Position numbers and translations under genes: made by a program
Origin: Candidatus Bathyarchaeia archaeon
GTDB taxonomy: Archaea; Thermoproteota; Bathyarchaeia; Bathyarchaeales; Bathycorpusculaceae
Direction: 5' to 3'
Assembly (NCBI GenBank): GCA_049516875.1
Contig: JBEKSS010000014.1
Span: 19,743 to 83,742 of the forward strand
DNA length: 64,000 bases
In this document: positions 1 through 9,287 of the stretch, piece by piece
Layout: every line of letters starts with the position of its first letter
How positions within the stretch are numbered: the first letter of the stretch is position 1
The notes under the pieces: generated by a model
The model's database searches: none
Seen by the model: only the letters and a program-made list of their open reading frames with translations
Told to the model about the DNA's origin: nothing

Positions 1-96
1 AAAGCTTTAGAAGCAAAGTTCAGTGTGTATTCGCTGTAGCCGTTGCTTTTCACGTCTATTAACACGTTGATGATGTTTTCAGGATGCTTGTTCAAA
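1..96 (-). CDS. 5' part of a probable further tyrosine integrase (intC of a third element), running off the left window edge
   Basis: Immediately past the att copy at 120-143 the minus strand reads LNKHPENIINVLIDVKSNGYSEYTLNFASKA. This resembles the start of the 14156-15094 integrase (LAEFMIHCEKQAFADATIETKYKIL). Only about 30 codons are visible. Confidence 0.45.
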
Positions 97-213
97 AAAG
101 ACTGACGTGCTGCTAAGAGGGCTGGCGTGTTGGTCGTAACCCGTCATTAGCCTTAGTAATTTTTCATTTTGTTGTTTTTGTTCTTCTGGTTTTGTGTTGT
201 TTGGGTTTTCCAT
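79..213 (-). pseudogene. Integrase N-terminal fragment (intN) of element 2, cut by att
   Basis: ORF MENPNNTKPEEQKQQNEKLLRLMTGYDQHAS(PLSSTSVFFEQAS*) with GAGGT RBS. It crosses att in the same GYDQHAS frame as 6351-6626 and the integrase. Confidence 0.65.
120..143 (-). repeat. att direct repeat 3 (duplicate of rnpB 3' end)
   Basis: GGCTGGCGTGTTGGTCGTAACCCG, identical to 6386-6409 and 15073-15096. Confidence 0.95.
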
Positions 214-1026
214 TTTCTGTTACCTCTGTCATGTATATATCAACCCAACTTCCTAATTTATGGTTGACGAGGAGACAATATGCCTTTCTAGCATGATGCA
301 AGCATGAAGCGAAGCGCACTTGGTGGCTGACGCCAGATAACGAGCTTGCTATGGCTAGGACAGATAGCTTTCAAACCCTTCCCCCTTAAATTGCGAATGG
401 GGGAAAGGCTTATGTCTCCGAGGAGCGCGCGCTGTATTGTTGTCTTCTAGGTATAAGCTTCTAGATGGTTACCATAGCTCCTTTAGTGGCTTTAACGTTT
501 CTTGCCCTTGGCAGGAAGTTGCTGTCTCAACTGTTTCTTTTTCGCTTCTTTATCCCGTTCTATCTTTTTCTGTTGTGCGATTTGAGTATTCTTTTGTTTA
601 CGTTTCATTACACTCGGCATAAATCTCAGCTACAAATTAACGATAAATAAACAAGCTAAAAAATATTTCTTTCGCATTAATGGAGGAAGCCAATAATATC
701 CAAAACTGACGCGTCTTTCTTTCATTTCATTAAAGAAGCCAACTTTATGGTAAAAAGAGAAAAAGAGTTTTGCAAAGCTCTTTCTTGGGGCTTAAGAAGC
801 CTGTGTTTTGCTTTGCTTTTCCTAAGTCTAGAAGAGGCTCGGCTTACAGATTTTGGGTCTTGGGGCGCGCGCTAGGAGTTAAAGCGCGTTGCAGAGGGGT
901 TTTGGGGTTGAGAATTCTGGAACGCATGCTGGCTTTAGCGCGCGCTGTCGGTGCTGGTGTTCTAGGTTTTCAATCGAAGGTTCTTCCACAAATCATAAGA
1001 CTGAAAACAGTAGATATAACAAATGA

Positions 1027-1995
1027 TTGAAAATGAGCCGAAAACTTGTTTTGATGTTGACCTTGACACTTCTCATTGGCACGTTGGACTTGTCATTTGA
1101 AGTTCAAAGGGTTGAAGCATCTGGAACCATTTACATACGGGCTGACGGAAGTATAGACCCGCCAACAGCACCTATTTCAACAATTGACAATATCACATAC
1201 AGCTCAACGGGTAACATTAACGACAGCATCATTATCGAGCGGGATAACATTGTGGTTGATGGAGCACGCTACACCGTGACTGGAAACGGATATAGCGGGA
1301 ACGGAATAACGCTTACTGACAGGAACAACGTAACAGTGAGAAACATGACGATAAAAAACTTCTACATCGGCACCTATCTCTACTCTTCTTCTAACAATGT
1401 TTTGTCTGGCAACAGCGTCACAAACAACTCTTATGGCATTTTGCTCGTGTCTTCTTCTAACAATGTTTTGTCCGGCAACAACGTCACGGCAAACAACGGA
1501 AACGGCATCTATCTCCTCACACCTTCTTATCTCCTCACTTCTTCCGATAACAACACCTTGTCCGACAACAACATCGCAAACAACAACGCTGCCATAGAGC
1601 TCGACTCTTCTGATGACAACGTCTTGTCCGGCAACAACATCACAAACAGCGGGATAAGTGTCGAGCTCGTTTCTTCTTCAGGCAACAGTATCTACCACAA
1701 CAACTTCATCAACAACACCCAGCAGGCATTAACCAGCGAGGGCTATACCAACAGCTGGAATGAGAGCTATCCTTCTGGGGGCAACTGCTGGAGCGACTGC
1801 AACGGAACAGATGCAAACCATGATGGCATCGGTGATACCCCGTACATCATTGACGCAAACAACACAGACAACTATCCACTTATGGTTCCATATACAATTC
1901 CAGAGTTTCCAGCATTCCTCATTCTGCCGTTATTCTTCATAGCAACACTACTGGCGGTCATAGTGCAAAGAAGAAAACACCCTCGCGCGCGCTAG
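1027..1995 (+). CDS. Secreted NosD/CASH parallel beta-helix protein with PEF-CTERM-like sorting signal
   Basis: Signal peptide, repeated SSNNVLSGNNVT beta-helix units, GNCWSD...DGIGDTPY motif, C-terminal IPEFP + TM + RRK. Confidence 0.85.
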   Translation: MKMSRKLVLMLTLTLLIGTLDLSFEVQRVEASGTIYIRADGSIDPPTAPISTIDNITYSSTGNINDSIIIERDNIVVDGARYTVTGNGYSGNGITLTDRNNVTVRNMTIKNFYIGTYLYSSSNNVLSGNSVTNNSYGILLVSSSNNVLSGNNVTANNGNGIYLLTPSYLLTSSDNNTLSDNNIANNNAAIELDSSDDNVLSGNNITNSGISVELVSSSGNSIYHNNFINNTQQALTSEGYTNSWNESYPSGGNCWSDCNGTDANHDGIGDTPYIIDANNTDNYPLMVPYTIPEFPAFLILPLFFIATLLAVIVQRRKHPRAR

Positions 1996-2011
1996 CGTGC
2001 GCATGCCAAAA

Positions 2012-2668
2012 TCAATTTTTCTTGATTGACTTGATAACCTTGTTTGTCAGTTCTGTACACTGTTTCAACGCAGCTTTGTTCTTTAGGACTTCGCCCTTTT
2101 CATCACCTGCTCTGACGTTGACCGCTATGAAGGGAGGACGATCGTGTGAGACTAATGTCAACCCAAGAGATTCGATATACTCTACAACAGTACGCAGTGT
2201 TTCCTTCTTGAATCTGCCCGTGCCTGACAAGGCAAAAACGCAGAAAGGTTGTTGCTTCGGTAGAAGCTTATAGTTTGGTTCTGCGAAGGTGTGTTTGTAG
2301 CCTTTGTGTTTTCGCATATGAACAATTGTGTCCAGTCTTTCCAAGAAAGCTAAGAATTTTGAGGAAGCCAACAGATACTTGGGGAATATGAACATTAACG
2401 CGTCGGCTTTCTTCATCTCTGCGAGAATCTGGTTCAGATCATCTGTAAGGACACATTCTTCGTGCACACATTTTTCGCAGAGAACGCAAAACTCAATCTT
2501 CTTGCTTGCCAATTGGATTATTCGGGACTTGGAACTTGTAGACTCGAGGATAGACTTGGCTAATGCGTAACAGTTGCCATCGTTTCTGTGGGAGCCCACT
2601 ATCGCCAGAAGTTTTGTTTTCATAGACATAATTAAGCTGGTTTTCATTAAAGTCTTTATTGGTACCAA
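2012..2668 (-). CDS. Flavodoxin-family / iron-sulfur flavoprotein (NADPH-dependent FMN reductase fold); start probably at about 2623-2629
   Basis: GSHRNDGN FMN-binding loop, CxxCxxCxxxxC motif, DDLN..ADA. Confidence 0.8.
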   Translation of the reverse strand: MVPIKTLMKTSLIMSMKTKLLAIVGSHRNDGNCYALAKSILESTSSKSRIIQLASKKIEFCVLCEKCVHEECVLTDDLNQILAEMKKADALMFIFPKYLLASSKFLAFLERLDTIVHMRKHKGYKHTFAEPNYKLLPKQQPFCVFALSGTGRFKKETLRTVVEYIESLGLTLVSHDRPPFIAVNVRAGDEKGEVLKNKAALKQCTELTNKVIKSIKKN

Positions 2669-2709
2669 CTGACGCGCGCGCTAAGTAACAATACGCAGCT
2701 TTTGTTGGT

Positions 2710-2822
2710 CTTTTGTAACAAAATACTGTAACAAAACGCAAAAATCGGGGAAAAACTCCAGTTTCCAAAAAGTCAATAGAGAGTCCATGCATTTTGGCTT
2801 TTTTTCAGACTTTTGTGACAGG
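2710..2822 (+). repeat. Dispersed ~115-bp repeat, copy 1 (three TGTRACA units)
   Basis: CTTTTGTAACAAAATACTGTAACAAA identical to 61668-61693; similarity continues about 90 bp. Confidence 0.75.
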
Positions 2823-3049
2823 AAACAAAACTCCTAGAAATAAGCTTCTTTCTAGGAAATAGAATGAACTCTTCAACGTTTCCGACTTAACACCAATTAT
2901 AACCTTTCTGTGCAAAAGGCATTTTGACAAGTTCACCGCAAAACAGAGGAACTAGACAAGGATAGAAGGAAATGACGAACAAGGCGATCACGGCTTGGTT
3001 GTCTGAGGAGAAGAAACTGCAAATTGGATAGTGCGCACAAAGTGTAGGT

Positions 3050-3840
3050 TCAACTGCCTTTTTTCAGGAAATCTAGCATCTGCTTCATTTCTCTGTTCTT
3101 ATCGTTCTCTGTGGAATAGTCTCTGAAAAACTCGAATACAAGGTACTTCAGACTCTTGCAACGTTTCAATTGGTCTGTTATGAAGCCCAATTCTTGGACT
3201 GTTGGCTTATAGTGACCAAACCATTTTTTTCGCGGATCCTAGCGACAGAAAGATGGGCTGTGCATATTTCATCATTCAAACGAGAAACCCAATCAACAAG
3301 AGCTTCCATCTTCCCCTGATTTGACTCCAGAACGTGTCCTATGTCCATGCAGGAGAATAGGCTACTGTTATCCATAACCTTTGCATAGGTTCCCAAATTC
3401 GAGAATATGCCATTATTACAGTTTTCAACCGTTATCTTGCCAACTCTCTTGATTTCCTTCCCCATTTCTTTCAATGTTTTGGCTATGCGGGACGAAGTGA
3501 CGTTTTCTTCTTCAAAGCTCCCCAAATCCGTCTGTATGTGAATGTTGAAGTATTCTGACTTGATTCGCGATGCAAAGCTTGCTACCGATAAGATGGTATC
3601 ATGACTACCTTTTCGGACTCCTTCCCAAGGAGAGTACAAATAGATCGTCTCCCAAGGAGATTGAACACCTGCCTCTAGAGAGTATTCTTCAAGAGCCTCT
3701 AGTATTTTTCCTGTGTCTTCATCTAACCATGTGGGTGTGTCTATTATGATATCAACGAAATCAAAACTGAGGTTGCCAGCGATTGTTATGCCATTGACGA
3801 TTGAACCATGTCTAAAAATCACAGGAAACCCGAATTTCAT
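3050..3840 (-). pseudogene. Sugar-phosphate isomerase/epimerase (AP endonuclease 2 TIM barrel), frameshifted at an A7 run near 3224-3230
   Basis: NIH, TVEN, CMDIGH and AHLS motifs. After the A7 run another frame continues KWFGHYKP...YLVFEFF...KKGS* to 3050. Confidence 0.65.
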
Positions 3841-4095
3841 CTTGGGTCACGGATACAATAGCACGCGTGAATACTTTATAAAATAAACGCGCGCTCTTTT
3901 ACTTTCCAACCATGATTCAAAAGTGTGTCGTTAAATGGGAAAAGATAACATTAAACTTATTAACGATATCCTAAATGCATTGCATTTTAGCGTCTGATAC
4001 TCAATGAATTTAGTGAACGCACGTTTCTGTCAGCTGGTAGTCTAGTAGGTACGTTTTGATTTTGCCCTCAACTTGTGAATCGAAGGACTCGAAGG

Positions 4096-4833
4096 CTAGA
4101 GAAAAAAGCGTGCATTCAGTTCTGTTATTGGTAAAAATCTCTGGAATGCTTCTCTGATGTCACCGCTGTTTTCCAATTCGTATAGATATCCTAGTGCCCA
4201 GTAATCTTCTCCGTCGAAAGATTGATTCAACATTCCCCTAAGGTATTTTTCAATATGCGTTCCAAGGCACATCGAATTGCAGACGAAATGTAATCCCCAA
4301 TTTCTTTCGTTTTCACCGACCAGATAAGCGTCGATGTATTGCTTGATTGTACTCGCGAGTTCCCCATCATTTCTCCAGCTAAGCTGTTTCGTCCTGTCGT
4401 CACTAAGTAATTCTAGAGCAATTTCAGTTCCTTTAGAAGCGAAGTTAAGTATTTCATCAACAGAAGAGCTGTAATCTGAAAGTACCTTAGGTCTATCAAG
4501 CTCAAATTCATAGTCTCTTATCTCAAGCTTGTCCTGTTGGGGGTTGACGAGGAATCTTGAAGACAAGTCAGCCATTGCATCTCGGATTTCCGGTGGGATT
4601 TGTGTTTTCTGTTCCTCTGAAAGGTAAATGCTGCGACTTGTTGGTGGATTCATCGAAGGTATGCTGAGACAGGCGTAGAGCGAATCATCAGGAGTGCGGG
4701 GAGATTCGAAGTGGTAAGTCAGGACACAGCCGTTGATCAGCGAATTTCGCCACTTGAGGACTAATGATCTGAATAATTTGTGCAGCTTTATCTGCATGTC
4801 AACTTTGCATTTAAAATCAAAATGCACCCACAA
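4096..4833 (-). CDS. Hypothetical protein
   Basis: 245-aa ORF of normal composition, no motif recognised. Confidence 0.6.
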   Translation of the reverse strand: MWVHFDFKCKVDMQIKLHKLFRSLVLKWRNSLINGCVLTYHFESPRTPDDSLYACLSIPSMNPPTSRSIYLSEEQKTQIPPEIRDAMADLSSRFLVNPQQDKLEIRDYEFELDRPKVLSDYSSSVDEILNFASKGTEIALELLSDDRTKQLSWRNDGELASTIKQYIDAYLVGENERNWGLHFVCNSMCLGTHIEKYLRGMLNQSFDGEDYWALGYLYELENSGDIREAFQRFLPITELNARFFL

Positions 4834-5171
4834 GGCTCTTCCACATCGGTAGCTAGCTAGTTTCAGCTATAACTTTTCCGCAAAATCCTGTAAGGTTTCC
4901 TTGTGTGTCTCCTGTCGCCCCCGTGGCCCCGGGTCCGTGGCCCCCTTTTCTTTTTCCATTTTCCTTAGGAAAAATTAGAGGTGCCTCTTTCCCTTGCCCA
5001 CCCCTTTTGTGCGTGTGTGGGTGATATGGAGAGAGTAGGTAGGTGTGTGCTTGAGTGTGTGTTAGTAAGAGTCGTAGAGAGTAGTAGAGAGCGCGTGGCG
5101 TGGTGCGGCTTGAGGGGTAAAGTCTTATCCCAAACCCAATTCATAGTTGACTGGCAGGGTCTGAAGGAGAC

Positions 5172-5477
5172 GTGGGCGTTTCGACAGGAGCACATTGGAA
5201 ACGAAGGCTAATCTCTCTCGTCTGGATTCTTTTGCCATTTTTTTCGTATGGTTTGTATCTGACTTGGTTTGATGGGGGCGTTCTCGAGGGGATGGAAGCT
5301 GAATCTGTTGTTGTGTATGTTCCCCTTGCCTTTCTGCTTGCTTTTCTTGATTTGATTGTCAATAAGTGGCTGCTACTGATGCTGTATTACGTGTTGTCCT
5401 TTGTAGCGCTATTCGTCGGTTACTACATTTATGACAAACGCAGGCAAAGGGTGCGCACGCTACCGCAAAAAACCTGA
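5172..5477 (+). CDS. Small membrane protein
   Basis: GGAG RBS, about 3 hydrophobic segments. Confidence 0.5.
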   Translation: MGVSTGAHWKRRLISLVWILLPFFSYGLYLTWFDGGVLEGMEAESVVVYVPLAFLLAFLDLIVNKWLLLMLYYVLSFVALFVGYYIYDKRRQRVRTLPQKT

Positions 5478-5623
5478 ACATTATTGTTACCGTCTGCTTT
5501 GTTCGTCGTTCATCCATTTTGTGACTATTTCTTCTGCATTGGTTTGGTTTGGGGTAAAGTTTTATCCCAAACCCAAACCCAAAAACAGAAAAGTGTGTGT
5601 TACGAAGTTATGAGTGACGCGGA

Positions 5624-6310
5624 ATGAAACGAAAAGTCGTTCTTGTGCTTTGCATATTGCTTGTGATGGTGATTCTAGTATCGTCAATGGTTTACTACTT
5701 CTGGTACGTGCCTTATGTGCACGTTCCACAAGCGCTCGGGCGGCAGTATATGTCGGTGTCTTTCTGGCCAGAATTTATTGGAGATATCAAAAGCAGCCCG
5801 ACTCCCCTCCACCTAAACTATGAAGGGAATGCGATGAACGTAACTTATGTCTCAATAGAAATCAATGTGACCAATAGCTACTTCCAACCTGTATACATAA
5901 ACTTCAGCGGTTTTGACGTAGTCTGGCTCATATATAAAAGGACGGTAACTGACCCTTCAGATGTCCTGAGTAACAGAGACTCTCTCGTTTGGGGGGCTTA
6001 CTATTATTTGGTTTATGAAGCAATATCGAACCCACGTAGAGGTATCCACGACTTCGCGGGAGACGATCTAGAATTCTATTCAGCAAATAGAAACAACACA
6101 AATTTCCAGACAGACATACCGAGCGGTAGCAGATCACAGTACTATGGGTACGCGTTGTTCGATGATCACATGGGCGGCGAGTGGTATGGCCAATATTATT
6201 CAAATCCTGAGTCACTCGTATCTCCAGGAACGTATTTCATGTACTGCATAATCTACGACTTTTCATGCACTCTACAAAACATAACCATAACTTCAGCAGC
6301 CCTACACTAG
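5624..6310 (+). CDS. Membrane-anchored/exported hypothetical protein
   Basis: N-terminal basic + hydrophobic anchor, Ig-like C-terminus (PGTYFMY), several N-x-S/T sites. Confidence 0.7.
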   Translation: MKRKVVLVLCILLVMVILVSSMVYYFWYVPYVHVPQALGRQYMSVSFWPEFIGDIKSSPTPLHLNYEGNAMNVTYVSIEINVTNSYFQPVYINFSGFDVVWLIYKRTVTDPSDVLSNRDSLVWGAYYYLVYEAISNPRRGIHDFAGDDLEFYSANRNNTNFQTDIPSGSRSQYYGYALFDDHMGGEWYGQYYSNPESLVSPGTYFMYCIIYDFSCTLQNITITSAALH

Positions 6311-6350
6311 CAAAAACGATCCTGTATTGAGACTCAGCGCACGCGCTATC

Positions 6351-6626
6351 TTAGGGTTCGACTCTTGTGGTATTCGGGAAATTAAGGCTGGCGTGTTGGT
6401 CGTAACCCGTCTTTAGTACAAGTAATTCTGGTTTTGGTGTTGTCGATTGATCTTTAGCTTGTGGTTGGTCTTTGGTTTCGGGTTTGGTTTCTTCATTCAT
6501 ACTTTTTGCCCTTTCTAGGAGTTTGGGGATTTCTATTTCTGTCCTTAGTCTCCCGTGTTCTATTTCGTCACGTGTTCTTTTTTGGGTTTCGTTTGTTTGA
6601 TTTGTCATGTATATCCTCCAATTCAC
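6351..6626 (-). pseudogene. Integrase N-terminal fragment (intN) of element 1; probable start 6608
   Basis: GGAGGA RBS before MTNQ. Reads ...ELLVLKTGYDQHASL across att, in the same frame as the integrase C-part. Confidence 0.75.
6386..6409 (-). repeat. att direct repeat 2 (distal att of element 1)
   Basis: 24-bp identity (26 bp with the AA at 6384-6385) to the rnpB 3' end. Confidence 0.95.
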
Positions 6627-6833
6627 CGCGTGCGTCGGTTTTTCTTTTTAACGTTTGGTCTCGCATGTACATCAACCCACATTCCTAATCGTTTCATTGA
6701 CGAGGCGACAATATGCCTTTCCCGACTGAGCAACTTTTTAGGACTGCGGGGAGCGCGCGCTGTGCGGGCGACTTGTTGCTCTGTTGGATTTCCGCGCTAC
6801 TTTACTGAGCGTTAAAACGGCGGGTGTTTATAG

Positions 6834-6907
6834 CGTTCTGTTGTTTACTGTTGTTTGTTGTTTGTTCTGTTGTTGTTTGTTCTGTTGTTGTTTGTTCTGT
6901 TGTTGTT
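6834..6907 (+). repeat. T/G-rich tandem repeat, about 3 copies of TTTGTTCTGTTGTTG
   Basis: Directly visible 15-bp periodicity in the non-coding part of element 1. Confidence 0.7.
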
Positions 6908-7155
6908 AGCGTGTGTTAGTTAATTCGTTCCTGTTAGCGAGAGTATAGCGAGTTGTTTGTGGCGTTATTGTTGCTGTTCCTTTGGCGTTCGATTGGCGTT
7001 TTGCCTATTTTTGTAGCGCGCGCGACCTTGTTGGATATTTTGTATCAGTAAAAAGTTGCGAAGGAGGCGCACCCTGAGCGGAGCGAGGGGGAAAGGCTTA
7101 TGTCGCCGAGGATTTCGAAGCGCGCGCTATAATACTTTTGCGCGCGATTTCTTGC

Positions 7156-7746
7156 TCATTTGAGCAGTTGGGATATTTTTGACAGTTTTTCCTGAGTCTG
7201 GTTTACTGAATCCACGATTTGTCGGTATTGTTTTGGATACTTCTTTGCGATTGTTATGAACTGTTTTACCACTTGGGGGGTGAATCCTGTGCGCATTTGG
7301 TTGGCTAGGATGGAATCGATGTCGGTTTGTTCTATTTTTCCCTTGGTTAATGCTGCGAGATATAATACCTCGAACGCGTTTTCTCCGAGAATCGGTGTGG
7401 TTTCTATGAGAAATTGAAGGTTAATGTCTTTTGGATAAAATTCACGTGCTCTGATAAGAATTGTTTGGGGATCTGCTCCTCTGCTTATTGCGAGGAATAT
7501 GCCTAGTTCGGTAAGCCAGAAAGACGGGTATTTTGTGCCGTGATATTCTTTAGTTGTTACGCTTTTGATCAGTCCTTTCTTCTTCAGTGTGTCGAAAGCA
7601 ATCCATGTGGATTTGTACTGCCCGTTGATTTGCTTCATAGTTTCATTAATGGTTTGAGCGTTGTTCCTTGCCAGACTCAGAATTACACGCTCCTGCAAGG
7701 GAGGAAAGTCACGTGTCTTCCTATTTTGCTTAGACATATGTCTCAC
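7156..7746 (-). CDS. Winged-helix DNA-binding protein, divergent from the Rep operon
   Basis: AFDTLKKKGLIKS...FWLTELG wHTH signature. Confidence 0.7.
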   Translation of the reverse strand: MRHMSKQNRKTRDFPPLQERVILSLARNNAQTINETMKQINGQYKSTWIAFDTLKKKGLIKSVTTKEYHGTKYPSFWLTELGIFLAISRGADPQTILIRAREFYPKDINLQFLIETTPILGENAFEVLYLAALTKGKIEQTDIDSILANQMRTGFTPQVVKQFITIAKKYPKQYRQIVDSVNQTQEKLSKISQLLK

Positions 7747-7875
7747 TGAGCTTAGATATGTTATATCTCACCATATATAAAAGTTCTTGCCTAAAACTAC
7801 TCGGTGAGAAAAGTTGTTTGAAAATTCGAAACGGAAAACTGCGCACGCTGTGCTCCCTTTGGGAGTTGATTTTCT

Positions 7876-8076
7876 ATGGCTGAGGGTAAGCTGCTGAACT
7901 GTATCTTCTGGGATGGTGTCGCTTGTAAGCATCGTAAGTCTGAGACGGTGAACATGATGGTTCGATGTTGGAGCTGTCGCCAGTTCAAGCGGTTTGTGAG
8001 ACAAATGGATGATGCTGATGCGAAAATCATGGAGGAAAATGAGAAGAGGCGTTCGGAAGGTGACGGTCTTGGTTGA
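7876..8076 (+). CDS. Small Cys-rich (Zn-finger-like) protein upstream of Rep
   Basis: CIFW..C, CWSC motifs; overlaps Rep start. Confidence 0.6.
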   Translation: MAEGKLLNCIFWDGVACKHRKSETVNMMVRCWSCRQFKRFVRQMDDADAKIMEENEKRRSEGDGLG

Positions 8077-9094
8077 CGCTGCTGTCCTCCGATTGGTTCG
8101 CTATTTTCTGGTTCTCCTTAGGTTGAACCCTCAGTTGATGGAGAATGCCTATTGGTATCTGCCCGTTCTGGACGATGGCCACGATAATTATGCGCAGGTG
8201 GGTCATAGCCCTAGCGTTGTAACTCCTTACTGTTGCTATTTCAGGGGTTGGAAGGTCTGTCGTGAAAAGGACTTGCATAAGGGTGTGGTTGTGAACGGTG
8301 TTGATTTTACGGATAAATCGGCGGTTTCCCCTTCACATCTCTGGTGTAAGAATTGGCATTGCCCTAAGTGTTTTCTTCACGGTGCTTGTGTCGTTGGTGC
8401 CCGTAGGATTGAAGACCGCCTGACTGCCTTCGTTGAGCGTGGACTTGGTAAGGTCGAGCACGTAGTTTTTTCGGTTCCAAAGGCTTCTCAGGACTTACCA
8501 TTGGAAGTCTTGTTCAAGATGCTTCCGTCAGTGGCAAAGGACAGGGGCGTGTCTGGTGTCTCAATTTTTCATGGGCGGTACATAAATACTGAGCTTGGCG
8601 GCCTTGCATGGAGAGCACATTTCCACGTGTTGGGTTTTGTTGACGGTGGCTTTTACCGTTGCAGGACTTGTGAACATGAGCGCAGTGCATGTGCTAGCTG
8701 TGACGGTTTCAAGGGTTGTGAAGTTCGAGGCTTTGCCAAAGACGGGTGGATTGTCAAGGTTGCTGATGAACGTTTGAGCATCTTTGGTACGGCGTGGTAT
8801 CAGTTAAATCACCATACGGTAAAGCTCGGTTTTCGCAGGGTGCACTCTGTCAGATGGTTTGGTAAGTGTGGCAACAGGATGCTAAAATCCAAGTACCATA
8901 GGTCTGGTGCTGGTTGCTCCTGTCCCGTTTGTCGGGCTGCTGGTCACGAGTCGGTAATGGATAATGGCGGATACTGGGGTAAACGTTTGCCTGATGATGT
9001 CTCCGATCCGCGTTACAAGTCTGTTTACGCTGTGCCTGATTTGGATGAAGAGGGCTTGCCAAACTTTGCCGATGGAGGTGATAGACTTGGTTAA
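8009..9094 (+). CDS. rep: HUH rolling-circle replication initiator with Zn-binding motifs (IS91/SNJ1-RepA-like architecture); start probably GTG about 8060
   Basis: CKNWHCPKC Zn motif, motif I HVVFSVP, HUH motif AHFHVLGF, motif III TAWYQLNH, C-terminal CPVC. Confidence 0.8.
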   Translation: MMLMRKSWRKMRRGVRKVTVLVDAAVLRLVRYFLVLLRLNPQLMENAYWYLPVLDDGHDNYAQVGHSPSVVTPYCCYFRGWKVCREKDLHKGVVVNGVDFTDKSAVSPSHLWCKNWHCPKCFLHGACVVGARRIEDRLTAFVERGLGKVEHVVFSVPKASQDLPLEVLFKMLPSVAKDRGVSGVSIFHGRYINTELGGLAWRAHFHVLGFVDGGFYRCRTCEHERSACASCDGFKGCEVRGFAKDGWIVKVADERLSIFGTAWYQLNHHTVKLGFRRVHSVRWFGKCGNRMLKSKYHRSGAGCSCPVCRAAGHESVMDNGGYWGKRLPDDVSDPRYKSVYAVPDLDEEGLPNFADGGDRLG

Positions 9095-9245
9095 GGTCCA
9101 AATATGTCCTTTCGATGGCTTACCATGCGAGTTTGTGGATTCTTGCGATGATGCTATGGTCTTGCTCTTAGAGCGTGAAGGTCTCAAAGGCTTCGATACT
9201 GAGAATGGTGAACATTGTTCACGCGCTGTTATTCGGCTAAAATGA
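9087..9245 (+). CDS. Small Cys-rich protein coupled to the end of Rep
   Basis: GGAGGTGA RBS, TTG start, CPFDGLPCEFVDSC motif. Confidence 0.55.
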   Translation: MVKVQICPFDGLPCEFVDSCDDAMVLLLEREGLKGFDTENGEHCSRAVIRLK

Positions 9246-9287
9246 GTTTCGTACCAAGCGCGCGCTCTAATCTTCTCTTTTTTTCTC

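Larger units (their letters stand above)
120..6409. mobile_element. Degenerate rnpB-integrated element 2 (intN retained, intC and Rep apparently lost)
   Basis: Bounded by two 24-bp att copies. Non-coding blocks at about 228-288 and 399-424 are homologous to about 6664-6721 and 7087-7112 of element 1. Confidence 0.7.

Noticed and set aside
4914-4945. GC-rich CCGTGGCCCC duplication as an origin or G-quadruplex
   Set aside because: Two short copies only; no supporting context
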